Origin: Nitrososphaerota archaeon | GTDB lineage: Archaea; Thermoproteota; Nitrososphaeria_A; Caldarchaeales; Calditenuaceae | Direction of reading: 5' to 3' | Assembly: GCA_038845265.1 (NCBI GenBank) | Contig: JAWBQR010000001.1 | Coordinates: 32,001 to 96,000, forward strand | Length of the DNA stretch: 64,000 bases | In this document: positions 1 to 9,168 of the stretch, one piece after another | Numbering within the stretch: the first letter of the stretch is position 1 | Layout: each line of letters starts with the position of its first letter | Notes under the pieces: generated by a model | Seen by the model: only the letters and a program-made list of their open reading frames with translations | Database searches by the model: none | What the model was told of the DNA's origin: nothing | Made by a program: the position numbers and the translations under genes

Positions 1-1
1 T

Positions 2-499
2 ATGTTAATTGAGAAGTATCCAAAACCGATAATAGCTGCAATCAGAGGGTATGCATTAGGAGGAGGCTTAGAGTTAGCCCTTGCCTGTGATTTCAGACTC
101 GCATCAGAAAACTCGATTATTGGTCTTCCAGAAATTAACTTGGGGCTTCTACCTGCTGGCGGAGGGATGCAGAGATTGATAAAGAATGTTGGAATAGCAC
201 GTGCTAAAGAAATAGCAATGCTCGGAGAATTAATTGATTGTAATGAAGCAAAACGAGTCGGTTTGATAACTAAAATATTGAGTAATGATAATTTTGTAGA
301 AGAAGTTAAAAAATTTGCATTAAAAATTGCGGAATTACCTCAACTTGCCTTGAAAGCAATAAAATTGTCCATCCTTGCCGAAAGTGAGCCTCCATATTTT
401 TCTGGACAAATATTAGAATCCTTCGTCTTTGAACTATTAATTGCTTCTAGAGACTCAAAAGAGAGAATCAATGCATTTTTAGAACAAAGAAATAAATAA
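2..499 (+). CDS. Enoyl-CoA hydratase/isomerase (crotonase) domain, 5'-truncated by window edge
   Basis: PKPIIAAIRGYALGGGLELALACDFR and GLPEINLGLLPAGGG crotonase motifs. Confidence 0.9.
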   Translation: MLIEKYPKPIIAAIRGYALGGGLELALACDFRLASENSIIGLPEINLGLLPAGGGMQRLIKNVGIARAKEIAMLGELIDCNEAKRVGLITKILSNDNFVEEVKKFALKIAELPQLALKAIKLSILAESEPPYFSGQILESFVFELLIASRDSKERINAFLEQRNK

Positions 500-552
500 A
501 GAGACGAATCGGAGTTTACATTAAGCATGTCTTTAACGACACATCTATTTCA

Positions 553-1383
553 TTAATCTGATTTGTTATTCCAATTTATTGACGTAAAATTAATTATTTC
601 CTCGAGCAATTGATTATTTGAAGCGGCTATTACTGCATATCTTTCTTTTATCATCGGTTCTGTTAGAATAAATCCTGGTTTATCTATCACCCAACATCCG
701 CCTACACGTTCAAGTATGAATAAAGCCGGGACTAGGTCAAATAATCTTAGTTCAGGAGTTAAGCAGACGAATGCATCAATTTTGCCTGTCACGATTTGAC
801 AAATATCAAGTAGAGAAGACCCAAAATTTCTCACATACCTAATTTTTTGACAAAGTTTTAAAAAAGGTTCGATAAATTCTTTTTCTTTTTTTAATGGTCT
901 GAAATCTAAAGACACTATCGCCTTTTCCAATCTGTTAACATCACTCGGAGAAGATACATCATTATCAATGTGTATATTTGTTCTATTGGCAAAGTATATC
1001 TGCCCATTTGGAATATCAATTACTCCTGCTGCAACTATGTCGCTATAGTTTATTCCTTCAAAAAGAGCGATACCAGAAGAGAAAAATCTTATTCCCCTTT
1101 TCATATTTGTACTCCCATCGATCGGATCGATTAGGACTCTGTATCTAGTATTTTTAATGTCCCCAATAATGCCTCTCTCCTCAGTCACAAAAGACACGTC
1201 CCGTAACTCTGAACTAATAGAATTAATAATCACTTCTTCAGTGACCAAGTCGCCCATCGTTGAAGTGTCTCCAAAGGCTCCTATGCATTTTTCTATACCT
1301 GCTTTACCTTCTTTCACAAGTCCAAGATAAGCATTTCTAGCTTTATTCAGGGCAGTCATTATTATTTCTTTTGAGTCTCTCAA
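553..1383 (-). CDS. Inositol monophosphatase / FBPase class IV family
   Basis: TEE, IDPIDGSTN, RNFGSS and FDLVPA motifs. Confidence 0.9.
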   Translation of the reverse strand: MRDSKEIIMTALNKARNAYLGLVKEGKAGIEKCIGAFGDTSTMGDLVTEEVIINSISSELRDVSFVTEERGIIGDIKNTRYRVLIDPIDGSTNMKRGIRFFSSGIALFEGINYSDIVAAGVIDIPNGQIYFANRTNIHIDNDVSSPSDVNRLEKAIVSLDFRPLKKEKEFIEPFLKLCQKIRYVRNFGSSLLDICQIVTGKIDAFVCLTPELRLFDLVPALFILERVGGCWVIDKPGFILTEPMIKERYAVIAASNNQLLEEIINFTSINWNNKSD

Positions 1384-1392
1384 TAGTTCTCC

Positions 1393-1698
1393 CTAAGTCT
1401 TCCTTTTAGCTAGTGCTCTTTTTATATATGATGCTAATATTGGATATCTTCTATTCAATTCAGCTTCGATTATTGACGCTACCTCTTCACTTATACTAAA
1501 TCTGGGCCTTGTATTCTTAAGATAATTCAAGAGGACTGAACTAAATGGTGAATAAAAAGCAACCCTCGGTTGCCTCCTACCTTGGTCCAATGATAGCGCC
1601 ATCGCCTTCTTATCTATTATGATTGCTGTCCTCTCACTCGGTTTCTCCCTCTCTCTCACCACGCTTTTTTTAGATTTATCCTTCCGCTTCTCACTCAT
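1393..1698 (-). CDS. SegB-like ribbon-helix-helix DNA-binding protein
   Basis: PRVAFYSPFSSVLLNYLKNTRPRFSISEEVASIIEAELNRRYP aligns by eye with recalled Sulfolobus SegB core PKIGVWSYPAFLVLQYLYHTVPGFKMSRTAKEALEKGLKEMYP; charged disordered N-tail. Confidence 0.65.
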   Translation of the reverse strand: MSEKRKDKSKKSVVREREKPSERTAIIIDKKAMALSLDQGRRQPRVAFYSPFSSVLLNYLKNTRPRFSISEEVASIIEAELNRRYPILASYIKRALAKRKT

Positions 1699-2239
1699 GT
1701 TAACTATATGAAAAATCTAGTTAAAAGGTATATCTTATAAGATTTACAATATTTTAATCAGTTCAGAAACAAATGAAAAAGGGATCCAGACTTAATTATT
1801 TAACCGATTCGTAACGACATATGTTTAAAAGTTATATATTTATTCCCTCAATGCCAGACATTTGATAAGTTATTGATCGGTATCTCGATTTAAACTGAAT
1901 AAAATGTCGGTTTAACATATTTAAAGAACTGTGTTGTATTATTATTTCAATTTTAAGTGAAAAATTATATTCCTTAGCCGTATTGTTTAAGTCTTAAAAT
2001 GGTTAAAATTAAATGGTAAACATTATACGTTTTAACATTCTTTTAATTATCTGAATGGCCAAAACCTTCAACGATTTTTTAATCATCAGATAGTTAACTG
2101 AATTGTGGCTAATTTTGACGAAAAAAGTATCTGAGATACTGATTAAATCGAAAAATGAAAGTCTTCCTGATGATGGTTTTTTGGTATGAGATATGCTTAT
2201 AAATCATTAATTAAAATTCTGGGGCTGAAGAGAATAGGA
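1699..2239. promoter_or_regulatory. Long AT-rich intergenic region with divergent promoters and clustered TATCT(G/C)A motifs/palindromes
   Basis: Longest non-coding stretch in the window; palindromes ATCTTATAAGAT (1732-1743) and AGTATC-TGA-GATACT (2126-2140). Confidence 0.5.
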
Positions 2240-2644
2240 GTGAATAAAAAGGTAAATCAAGAAAGTTTAGAGGTAATTAAAACGGACACTATAATCGGCA
2301 AGCATGTATATGGGAATCTTTATGGATGCGATAAGAAGATGTTGTCCAACGTTGAATTATTGAAAAAATTGATAGTTGAAGCAGCCGAGATAGCTAAGAT
2401 GACCTTAATTGAAGTTAAGTCGTGGAAGTTTGGTGGAGAGAAAGGGGGAGTCTCAGTCATAGCATTAGTTGTCGAGAGTCACATCGCTATTCATACATGG
2501 CCCAACTATGAATACGCTGCTGTAGATGTCTTTACATGCGGTGAGAAAAGCGATCCAGATGAATCATTCGAACATATATGTAGGGTATTAGCACCTAAAA
2601 AGGTAGTGAAACATTTTGCAGATAGATCAGCTATACAATATTAA
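2240..2644 (+). CDS. Pyruvoyl-dependent arginine decarboxylase proenzyme (crenarchaeal AdoMetDC paralog)
   Basis: IIGKHVYGNLY...KSWKFGGEKGGVSVIALVVESHIAIHTW...FADRS closely resembles recalled Sulfolobus ArgDC; E-SH cleavage site; GTG start at 2240 preferred over 2186. Confidence 0.8.
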   Translation: MNKKVNQESLEVIKTDTIIGKHVYGNLYGCDKKMLSNVELLKKLIVEAAEIAKMTLIEVKSWKFGGEKGGVSVIALVVESHIAIHTWPNYEYAAVDVFTCGEKSDPDESFEHICRVLAPKKVVKHFADRSAIQY

Positions 2645-2712
2645 CGAGAGTCTTTCTATGAGATAAGTTAATTAATCATAAGTCTTCATCTCAAATCTAA
2701 GGGTGTCGTCAT

Positions 2713-3231
2713 TTGATACTTTCGGATTTTGACCTTTGGAACTACATTAGAAGCGGGAGACTTAGGATCGAACCACTTGAGCCAGACATAGTGAGAGAGA
2801 ATGGACTAGATTTGAGGATAGGACCAACAATAGGCAGATTAAAAAAGACTGATAGGATTTTTGATCCAAAAAATGGCAGCGTAGAAGAATTTTTCACTTT
2901 GGAGGCAGGTGATAGCTTTATCGTATATCCCCACGAGCACGTCCTTCTACATACAATTGAGTATGTTTCTTTACCTAGAGATATAATGGCCTTCGTTAAT
3001 CTGCGAAGCAGTTATGCAAGAATTGGGTTGACACTTCCTCCAACAATTATTGACGCAAATTTTGAAGGACAATTGACGATAGAGATGATAGGTGGAGAAT
3101 TTCCTGTTAGACTTTATTCAGGGGAGAGATTTATCCACGTGGTATTTGCTAAGCTTACTTCACCGGTAGAAAGACCATATTCTGGAAAGTATCAAAAGCA
3201 GCGAGGAGTGAAGCTGCCTATCTTTAAGTAA
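2713..3231 (+). CDS. dcd: dCTP deaminase
   Basis: ILSD..I, ENGLDLRIG, RSSYARIG, IDANFEGQLTIE, YSGKYQ.Q. Confidence 0.92.
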   Translation: MILSDFDLWNYIRSGRLRIEPLEPDIVRENGLDLRIGPTIGRLKKTDRIFDPKNGSVEEFFTLEAGDSFIVYPHEHVLLHTIEYVSLPRDIMAFVNLRSSYARIGLTLPPTIIDANFEGQLTIEMIGGEFPVRLYSGERFIHVVFAKLTSPVERPYSGKYQKQRGVKLPIFK

Positions 3232-3234
3232 AAA

Positions 3235-4020
3235 TTATAAATTTATTTCCAGCATATCGTGTGCTACATAGATTCGACATTTATGTTTATCAGATATTTT
3301 CCTTACTAATTCTTCTTCTAAACCATTCCAAACTGGATATAGATGTGTAATTATAACTCTTTTTGGTTTTGCTAATGAGATTATCTCCGACAAGTCTACT
3401 TCTGATGTGTGTTCACCGATCATTGATTGCTTGGGGCAAGAACATTCATGAATAAGCAAGTCGGCATTATTGGCAAAGACTGCTATCTCGGGATTAAATG
3501 CTGTATCTCCAGAGTATACTATTACCTTATCTTTAATATCCAATCTATACATTATGCCTGATTCGTGTTTAACTTTTTTACAACTAATTTTTAAGTCACC
3601 TTGTTCTTTAATAAGATTTTCATCCATTTCGTAAAGCTCGACATATCGTAGGTATCCTATTATGTCGCTCAGGTATCTGAGATACTTGTTTTGATTAATT
3701 GCATGTTCTATAAAACTCATAAGTCCTATTGGCCCATAAATCTTCAAGGTTGGTGGGTTGATTGCAATCTTACCTTCTTCGTTATATGCCCTGAGCTTTA
3801 TAAATGGTAACAAGTCAGCAGTATGATCAATATGGAAATGGCTCAATAATATTTGTCCTATCTTCCAGGCATTTATTTTTGCACGTCGCATTCTTTCGAT
3901 TGTTCCTGGTCCACAATCCAGAAGAAACTTATCCACTCCTGCGTCTATGTATATGGATGTCGCAAATCGATTTTGGGTAGGCACTATTGACCCTGAACCA
4001 AGAACCACGACTTTTATCAT
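3235..4020 (-). CDS. Metallo-beta-lactamase fold hydrolase, RNase Z-like
   Basis: LGSG, LLDCGPG, SHFHIDH, YSGDT, LIHEC, THLY. Confidence 0.85.
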   Translation of the reverse strand: MIKVVVLGSGSIVPTQNRFATSIYIDAGVDKFLLDCGPGTIERMRRAKINAWKIGQILLSHFHIDHTADLLPFIKLRAYNEEGKIAINPPTLKIYGPIGLMSFIEHAINQNKYLRYLSDIIGYLRYVELYEMDENLIKEQGDLKISCKKVKHESGIMYRLDIKDKVIVYSGDTAFNPEIAVFANNADLLIHECSCPKQSMIGEHTSEVDLSEIISLAKPKRVIITHLYPVWNGLEEELVRKISDKHKCRIYVAHDMLEINL

Positions 4021-4024
4021 TTCG

Positions 4025-4474
4025 TTATATCTCTTTCGACTTTTTTACTACCTTTATTCCATAAATTTCTGTCGAGGGATATTCTCCTTTTTCATTCTTT
4101 TCATACTGTTTAATCATGTCCCAGATATTCAGTAGGCTATTCATGACTGCTGCGAGTGCCTCCATCTCGACGCCCGTCTTTGCATAAGAAATAACACGAG
4201 AAACTACTTTTATGCTAGAATTAACCTCGTCGATAAAGACTTCAACATTAACGTTGTCTAACAGTAATTGGTGACACAACGGAAGAAGTAAGGGGACATT
4301 TTTTGCACCAATTATACCTCCAATCTTGGCAACAATTATTGGATCACCCTTGGCAATTTTGCCGTTTTTTATCAGTTCAATAGTTGATTCTTTTAGCTTG
4401 ATATATCCCTCCGCTATGGCCTCTCTTCTCACGATACTTTTCTCTGATACATCGACTTGACTCATATGAAGCAT
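4025..4474 (-). CDS. moaC: Cyclic pyranopterin monophosphate synthase MoaC
   Basis: VDVSEK, KGD, LLPLCH, TGVEMEAL, IWDMIK; start at 4474 after GTGAGG. Confidence 0.95.
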   Translation of the reverse strand: MLHMSQVDVSEKSIVRREAIAEGYIKLKESTIELIKNGKIAKGDPIIVAKIGGIIGAKNVPLLLPLCHQLLLDNVNVEVFIDEVNSSIKVVSRVISYAKTGVEMEALAAVMNSLLNIWDMIKQYEKNEKGEYPSTEIYGIKVVKKSKEI

Positions 4475-4665
4475 TTCCTCACTATCAATAAAAAAGTTTT
4501 CCATATCTATTGAGAAATGTATTAGCATCAATGTTCATAATGCCTCACAAAGAGATTAGACCTGTTTTGAAGACTATTATATATAGTTTCACTTCGTCAA
4601 AATTATTCTTATCAAACAACGGTTTTTGTCTTAGTATAACCATTTTTTAATTGAGATGGAGCAAA

Positions 4666-6276
4666 ATGACTTCAGTTAATGACTTCGTTAAGTTCTTTCG
4701 TGAAAAATATGGTGAATTGGAAGGCGGTATAGAAATAGCGAGCATAATAGAGGAATTGATAAGTTATGCTGGCTTAAAGATTAGTGATGATTTAAGCAGG
4801 TTAGACATACGAGCAACTGAGCGAATCTTAAGAAAAATAGTTGAAAAATGTGATAACAAGAATGAATTAAATCTACGAATAAAGCTGGTTAAATCAATGC
4901 TAGAATTTATAGGCAGTCCAGCTGCCATTAAATTGACTAATAGGGTTAAGATTAACAAACTGGATCCTGAAGTCAGGAGGAAATCTTTTCAGCCTTTCGT
5001 AATTGGATATACGGTTGAAGAGGCAATTAAAGAGGCGGCAAGATGTTTTGCATGTAAAGAAGCTACATGTATAGCTGGCTGTCCTTTAAGGTTAAGCATA
5101 CCTGCATTTATGCAGGCAGTTGCAAATAATAAATTTGATGTGGCCAAACGAATCATAATGAGCACTAGTCCATTTGTTGGCGTATGTGGATACGCTTGTT
5201 TCCATCCATGCGAGTCTAACTGCCTTCACTCATTAATAGGCGGAGAAGGGCTCGCCATATCGCATGTTAAACGTGCGATTTACGAATACGCCCCCAAATT
5301 TGTTCCTGCACCAAAGCCTGCTACAGGGTTTAAGATAGCCGTCATAGGAGCAGGGCCTGCTGGATTAACCGCTGCATATCACCTCAGACTAGAAGGTCAT
5401 GAGGTAACCGTCTTTGATGAGTCATCAGTTATAGGAGGGATGATGATGCTAGGAATACCGAAATTTAGACTGCCGCGTAATGTAGTAAATGATGAAATAA
5501 ATATACTAAAAGAAATGGGAGTCATGTTTGTTAATGGCAAAAAATTAGGCGTAGATTTCAGCATTAGTGAATTATTTAATCAAGGTTTTCACGCTATCTT
5601 CATAAGTATAGGTGCAATGCAATCTCAGTTTGCAGGAATTCCCGGAGAAGATTTGGTGGGAGTTGTTCCTGCACTTTCGTTCTTAAAAAGGGTAAGCTTG
5701 GGATTTAGCGTAGAAGTACCAGCTACCGTCTCAGTTATTGGTGGAGGAGACGTGGCGATAGATGCCGCTAGGACAGCTATAAGACTTGGTGCTAATGATG
5801 TGAAGATATTATATAGACGATCTGAGGCTGAGATGCCGGCTATGAAGGAACATGTAGCCGAGGCTCTAGAAGAGGGTGTTAAGATTTTGTACCTGACAGC
5901 TCCTAAGAGGTTCATAGGCATAAATAGAAAACTCACAAGCATTGAGTGCATTAAGATGGAATTGGGCCCTCCAGATAGTTCAGGTAGAAGAAGACCAATT
6001 CCTGTACCTGGAAGCGAATATATAATCGAGTCAGAGATGGCCATAATAGCGATAGGGCAGTCACCAAATACTGAATTCCTGAAGAAGGAGGGCATAGAAT
6101 TGAGAGACGATGGGCGAATAAAGGTAAACGAAAAGATGGAGACATCAATTATAGGAGTATTCGCCGGTGGTGACGCTGTAAGAGGACCTGCAACGCTCGT
6201 AGAGGCAATTGCTGATGGAAAGAATGCTGCTATTTACATAAACAATTATCTTAAAGAACTTTCTAAAAAGGATTGA
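4666..6276 (+). CDS. GltD/NfnB/SudA-like FAD- and 2x[4Fe-4S]-dependent NAD(P)H oxidoreductase with extra N-terminal helical domain
   Basis: EAARCFACKEATCIAGCP, CGYACFHPCESNC, GAGPAG, GIPKFRLP, GGGDVAID, YRRS, FAGGD. Confidence 0.88.
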   Translation: MTSVNDFVKFFREKYGELEGGIEIASIIEELISYAGLKISDDLSRLDIRATERILRKIVEKCDNKNELNLRIKLVKSMLEFIGSPAAIKLTNRVKINKLDPEVRRKSFQPFVIGYTVEEAIKEAARCFACKEATCIAGCPLRLSIPAFMQAVANNKFDVAKRIIMSTSPFVGVCGYACFHPCESNCLHSLIGGEGLAISHVKRAIYEYAPKFVPAPKPATGFKIAVIGAGPAGLTAAYHLRLEGHEVTVFDESSVIGGMMMLGIPKFRLPRNVVNDEINILKEMGVMFVNGKKLGVDFSISELFNQGFHAIFISIGAMQSQFAGIPGEDLVGVVPALSFLKRVSLGFSVEVPATVSVIGGGDVAIDAARTAIRLGANDVKILYRRSEAEMPAMKEHVAEALEEGVKILYLTAPKRFIGINRKLTSIECIKMELGPPDSSGRRRPIPVPGSEYIIESEMAIIAIGQSPNTEFLKKEGIELRDDGRIKVNEKMETSIIGVFAGGDAVRGPATLVEAIADGKNAAIYINNYLKELSKKD

Positions 6277-6350
6277 CAAGGTACAACATGTATGGGAAAT
6301 ATATTAAAATAGGCGAGATATCAAATTAAACTAAACCAGGTATCTCGATT

Positions 6351-7208
6351 ATGTATGGGGAAACTCTGATGCCTGATCGTCAAACTCCTTATCAATTAAA
6401 AATGAAGGTCATCGAAATATTTGATGAAATAGAAGGCGCTAAAACATTCAGGTTCGTTAATATAGATGATAAGCCCCTGTTCAAATACAATCCGGGACAA
6501 GCAGCAAAGTTGTATTATGATACTCCTCTTAAAAAGAATGATTTTAGACTCTATTCCATAGCGTCATCTCCACTTAGATATGAGTATTTCGAGCTTACAA
6601 TAAAAAGTGAGGGGGGAAGATTTGCTCCATATTTTCTTAGTCAAGCAAATGTCGGAGACATCTGTATAGTTGAGGGACCATTTGGACGCTTTCTCTCAAA
6701 ACCATTAGAAATGATTGAGAAGGGGCTTGTTAACATATTAGTATTTCTTGCGTCCTCAAGTGGCATAGTGCCTTTTAGATGCTTTATTGAATACGCAATA
6801 GACGCAAATCTTGACATTGAAATTTACTTATTCTATGTTAATAGAACTAGAGACGACGTTATTTATAGAAGATTAATTCCTGTACTTCTATCAAGTTATA
6901 GAAAACTTAATTTGATATTTAACCTGACTCGTGAGCATCAAGTTATGGAAAATGAGATAGCTGCACAAATACTATCAAATTATGAAAATTATCGAGACAG
7001 AGTTTCATTTTTATTTGGACGAAGATTGGAGTTTGAGGATATAAAGAAAACTGTAATAGGATGGGATGATGCTTATTACGCTATATGTGGCGGAGCGCGA
7101 TTCATCATTGGAGATAAAGAAAGAGATGAATTAGGAATGATGCAAAAACTAGAATTAGGAGGAATAAATAGGAAAAATATTGAGATAGACACTTATGGAA
7201 CTAAATAA
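6351..7208 (+). CDS. Ferredoxin-NADP reductase (FNR)-family FAD/NAD-binding oxidoreductase without [2Fe-2S] domain
   Basis: YNPGQ, RLYSIAS, EGPFGRF, SGIVPF, ICGG motifs. Confidence 0.82.
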   Translation: MYGETLMPDRQTPYQLKMKVIEIFDEIEGAKTFRFVNIDDKPLFKYNPGQAAKLYYDTPLKKNDFRLYSIASSPLRYEYFELTIKSEGGRFAPYFLSQANVGDICIVEGPFGRFLSKPLEMIEKGLVNILVFLASSSGIVPFRCFIEYAIDANLDIEIYLFYVNRTRDDVIYRRLIPVLLSSYRKLNLIFNLTREHQVMENEIAAQILSNYENYRDRVSFLFGRRLEFEDIKKTVIGWDDAYYAICGGARFIIGDKERDELGMMQKLELGGINRKNIEIDTYGTK

Positions 7209-7212
7209 TTTT

Positions 7213-8214
7213 TTATTTTGCATTTCCTTTAAACAACGGTGCAGCTATATCTGCGATATCAATCTGATCATTGCTGATATCCTCTAAATAAAAACATGCT
7301 CGTAAAATGATAGGCAAATTCTCTCCTAGGTTATTTGCTAATGAAAGGATTGTACCGATTAATTTATCGATTTCACCCTTTTTGTTTATCACATTAATAG
7401 CCAGCTCCGGATCGCATTTTAAAAAAGCGTCAAACGCTTCCGATTGATTTTTAGATAGATGTTCGCCAATGTCTTTTATTTTTATTAAGATCTGAGAGCT
7501 TGGACGATAATCATGGCTTGTTTTTACAATTGATGCCAATGACGCCGCCTTGTCTCCTATCTCTTCTAGTAGTTTTGCAACTAATCGTATATCCATTAAC
7601 CTTAAAGGAGTAATATTGAGTTTTCTGGCCAGACTCAGGTCTCGAATCGCGGCTCTAACTACCCTTACAAGAGTAAAATAATGCCTATCTACTTCTTCAT
7701 CCCTGTTTTCGGTACTTTCAGCCCTATCAAGGTCCCAATTTACAAAGGCTTGGACCGCGTCGTTTATCATGCTCGTCACAAGTGCGTTCTGCCTGTGTAA
7801 CACTTTCGTGGGCTCTACTGCCTCTGGGTCGAGTAAAATCTGGACCTCAATTTTGTTTGGAGCCTCTTCAATTATTTCTGCCCCAGCTAGTCCCCTTATT
7901 GTCTTCTTGGCTTCAGACAAGAGCTTCGCGGGAAATCCCTTATCAGACGTTACTATAATGTGATCATAACCTAACAGATACCCCCATATCAAGTCTCTTA
8001 CTAATCGACGTGATTCCTTTATTAGAAGTGACGAAGATGTCGGCTGCACTGCTGTCTTCTCAGGTGCAATTACCAAACTACCGTCCTCTTTTATCTGCAA
8101 GAGAAGATGGTCGCCTGGCGAAAGTTTATTGTCAGCTATCCATCCTTTAGGAAGCGTGACCGCAAATGATCTCCCTCCCGCAATCTGGAGTTTCCTCCTA
8201 TACGTATTATTCAT
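7213..8214 (-). CDS. phoU: Phosphate uptake regulator (AbrB DNA-binding domain + PhoU domains)
   Basis: RKLQIAGGRSFAVTLPKGW AbrB N-terminus; RDEEVDR and LEEIGD PhoU motifs. Confidence 0.88.
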   Translation of the reverse strand: MNNTYRRKLQIAGGRSFAVTLPKGWIADNKLSPGDHLLLQIKEDGSLVIAPEKTAVQPTSSSLLIKESRRLVRDLIWGYLLGYDHIIVTSDKGFPAKLLSEAKKTIRGLAGAEIIEEAPNKIEVQILLDPEAVEPTKVLHRQNALVTSMINDAVQAFVNWDLDRAESTENRDEEVDRHYFTLVRVVRAAIRDLSLARKLNITPLRLMDIRLVAKLLEEIGDKAASLASIVKTSHDYRPSSQILIKIKDIGEHLSKNQSEAFDAFLKCDPELAINVINKKGEIDKLIGTILSLANNLGENLPIILRACFYLEDISNDQIDIADIAAPLFKGNAK

Positions 8215-8268
8215 AAGTAAAACTTGTCATTTATTGCTCATAAGTCTTAACACCTCTTCTTCATTAAG

Positions 8269-9168
8269 TCAGGACATGTATGGATGTATGCCGAAGAGTC
8301 TTCCAAGAGCCTCTCCGAATAAAAATGCAGCGAAGGCAGTTCCTATCGTCAATGAAAACCCAGTCACGAATTCTTTAGTTATTGATTCCTCCCTTAAGAC
8401 AGCTCCATAAGTTGTGAAAATCGCAATCATAATTATCGCAAAACTTAATGAGGATAAAAATGCCATAAGCATTTCTGTAATGAAAAAATACGGCAAGGCG
8501 AGGAAGCTTACAGCTCCAAGATATGAAGTTCCAGTAATTGTCGCGGAGGTTAAGGGCTTAAAGCTGGCACCATGCTTTGCTTGGAGATATGCTGCTGATG
8601 CCATAGATATTGAAGCAGCAAAACCAACGACTAATCCAGCGATACCAGCTATTAATGTTGAACTAGTAACACCTAAGAAGCCAGCGTGAACACCAGTAAT
8701 CTCGATAATTGCGTCCGCTAATCCAAGCACGACAAAGCTCATATATTTTACAACTGATTCATTTATTTGAGACATAAAGTAGCTTTCATGTTCCTTCTCG
8801 TCCTTAATTATTTTAAGAAGAACCTGTTTATCTTCTTCCTTGAGTTTTGGAAGAATGTATTCGTATGCCTTTATTGTTTCTTTTTCGTGTCTTTCAAATA
8901 GTTTAAGAGTAAACGTTAATCCGAAAATAATTCTAAAGACATACAGAATAAAAACTTTGATACTGCTTATCCTAACAACAAAATTATTATGCGATAGAGA
9001 TTTCCAAAATTCGAAATGAGTCTTTTCGATCTCGGCTAGTTTTTCCAGTGTCATTTTATAGTTTTCATTCTTTTCTCTTTTCGATAACTCTTTGTATATG
9101 ACATAATCTGCAAATTCATCCATCGCAAATTTTAAAATTTGCTGCTCCTGAATATATTTACTAGACAT
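8269..9168 (-). CDS. Rubrerythrin/ferritin-like + VIT1/CCC1 iron transporter (MbfA-like)
   Basis: ExxH di-iron motifs (EIEKTH, DEKEH); VLGLADAIIE and ASISMASAAY VIT1 motifs; several TM helices. Confidence 0.87.
   Translation of the reverse strand: MSSKYIQEQQILKFAMDEFADYVIYKELSKREKNENYKMTLEKLAEIEKTHFEFWKSLSHNNFVVRISSIKVFILYVFRIIFGLTFTLKLFERHEKETIKAYEYILPKLKEEDKQVLLKIIKDEKEHESYFMSQINESVVKYMSFVVLGLADAIIEITGVHAGFLGVTSSTLIAGIAGLVVGFAASISMASAAYLQAKHGASFKPLTSATITGTSYLGAVSFLALPYFFITEMLMAFLSSLSFAIIMIAIFTTYGAVLREESITKEFVTGFSLTIGTAFAAFLFGEALGRLFGIHPYMS

Noticed and set aside
2168-2228. CTGATGA...CTGA C/D-like boxes upstream of the arginine decarboxylase gene
   Set aside because: No internal boxes or recognisable rRNA complementarity; the interval holds the likely promoter (CTTATAAAT).
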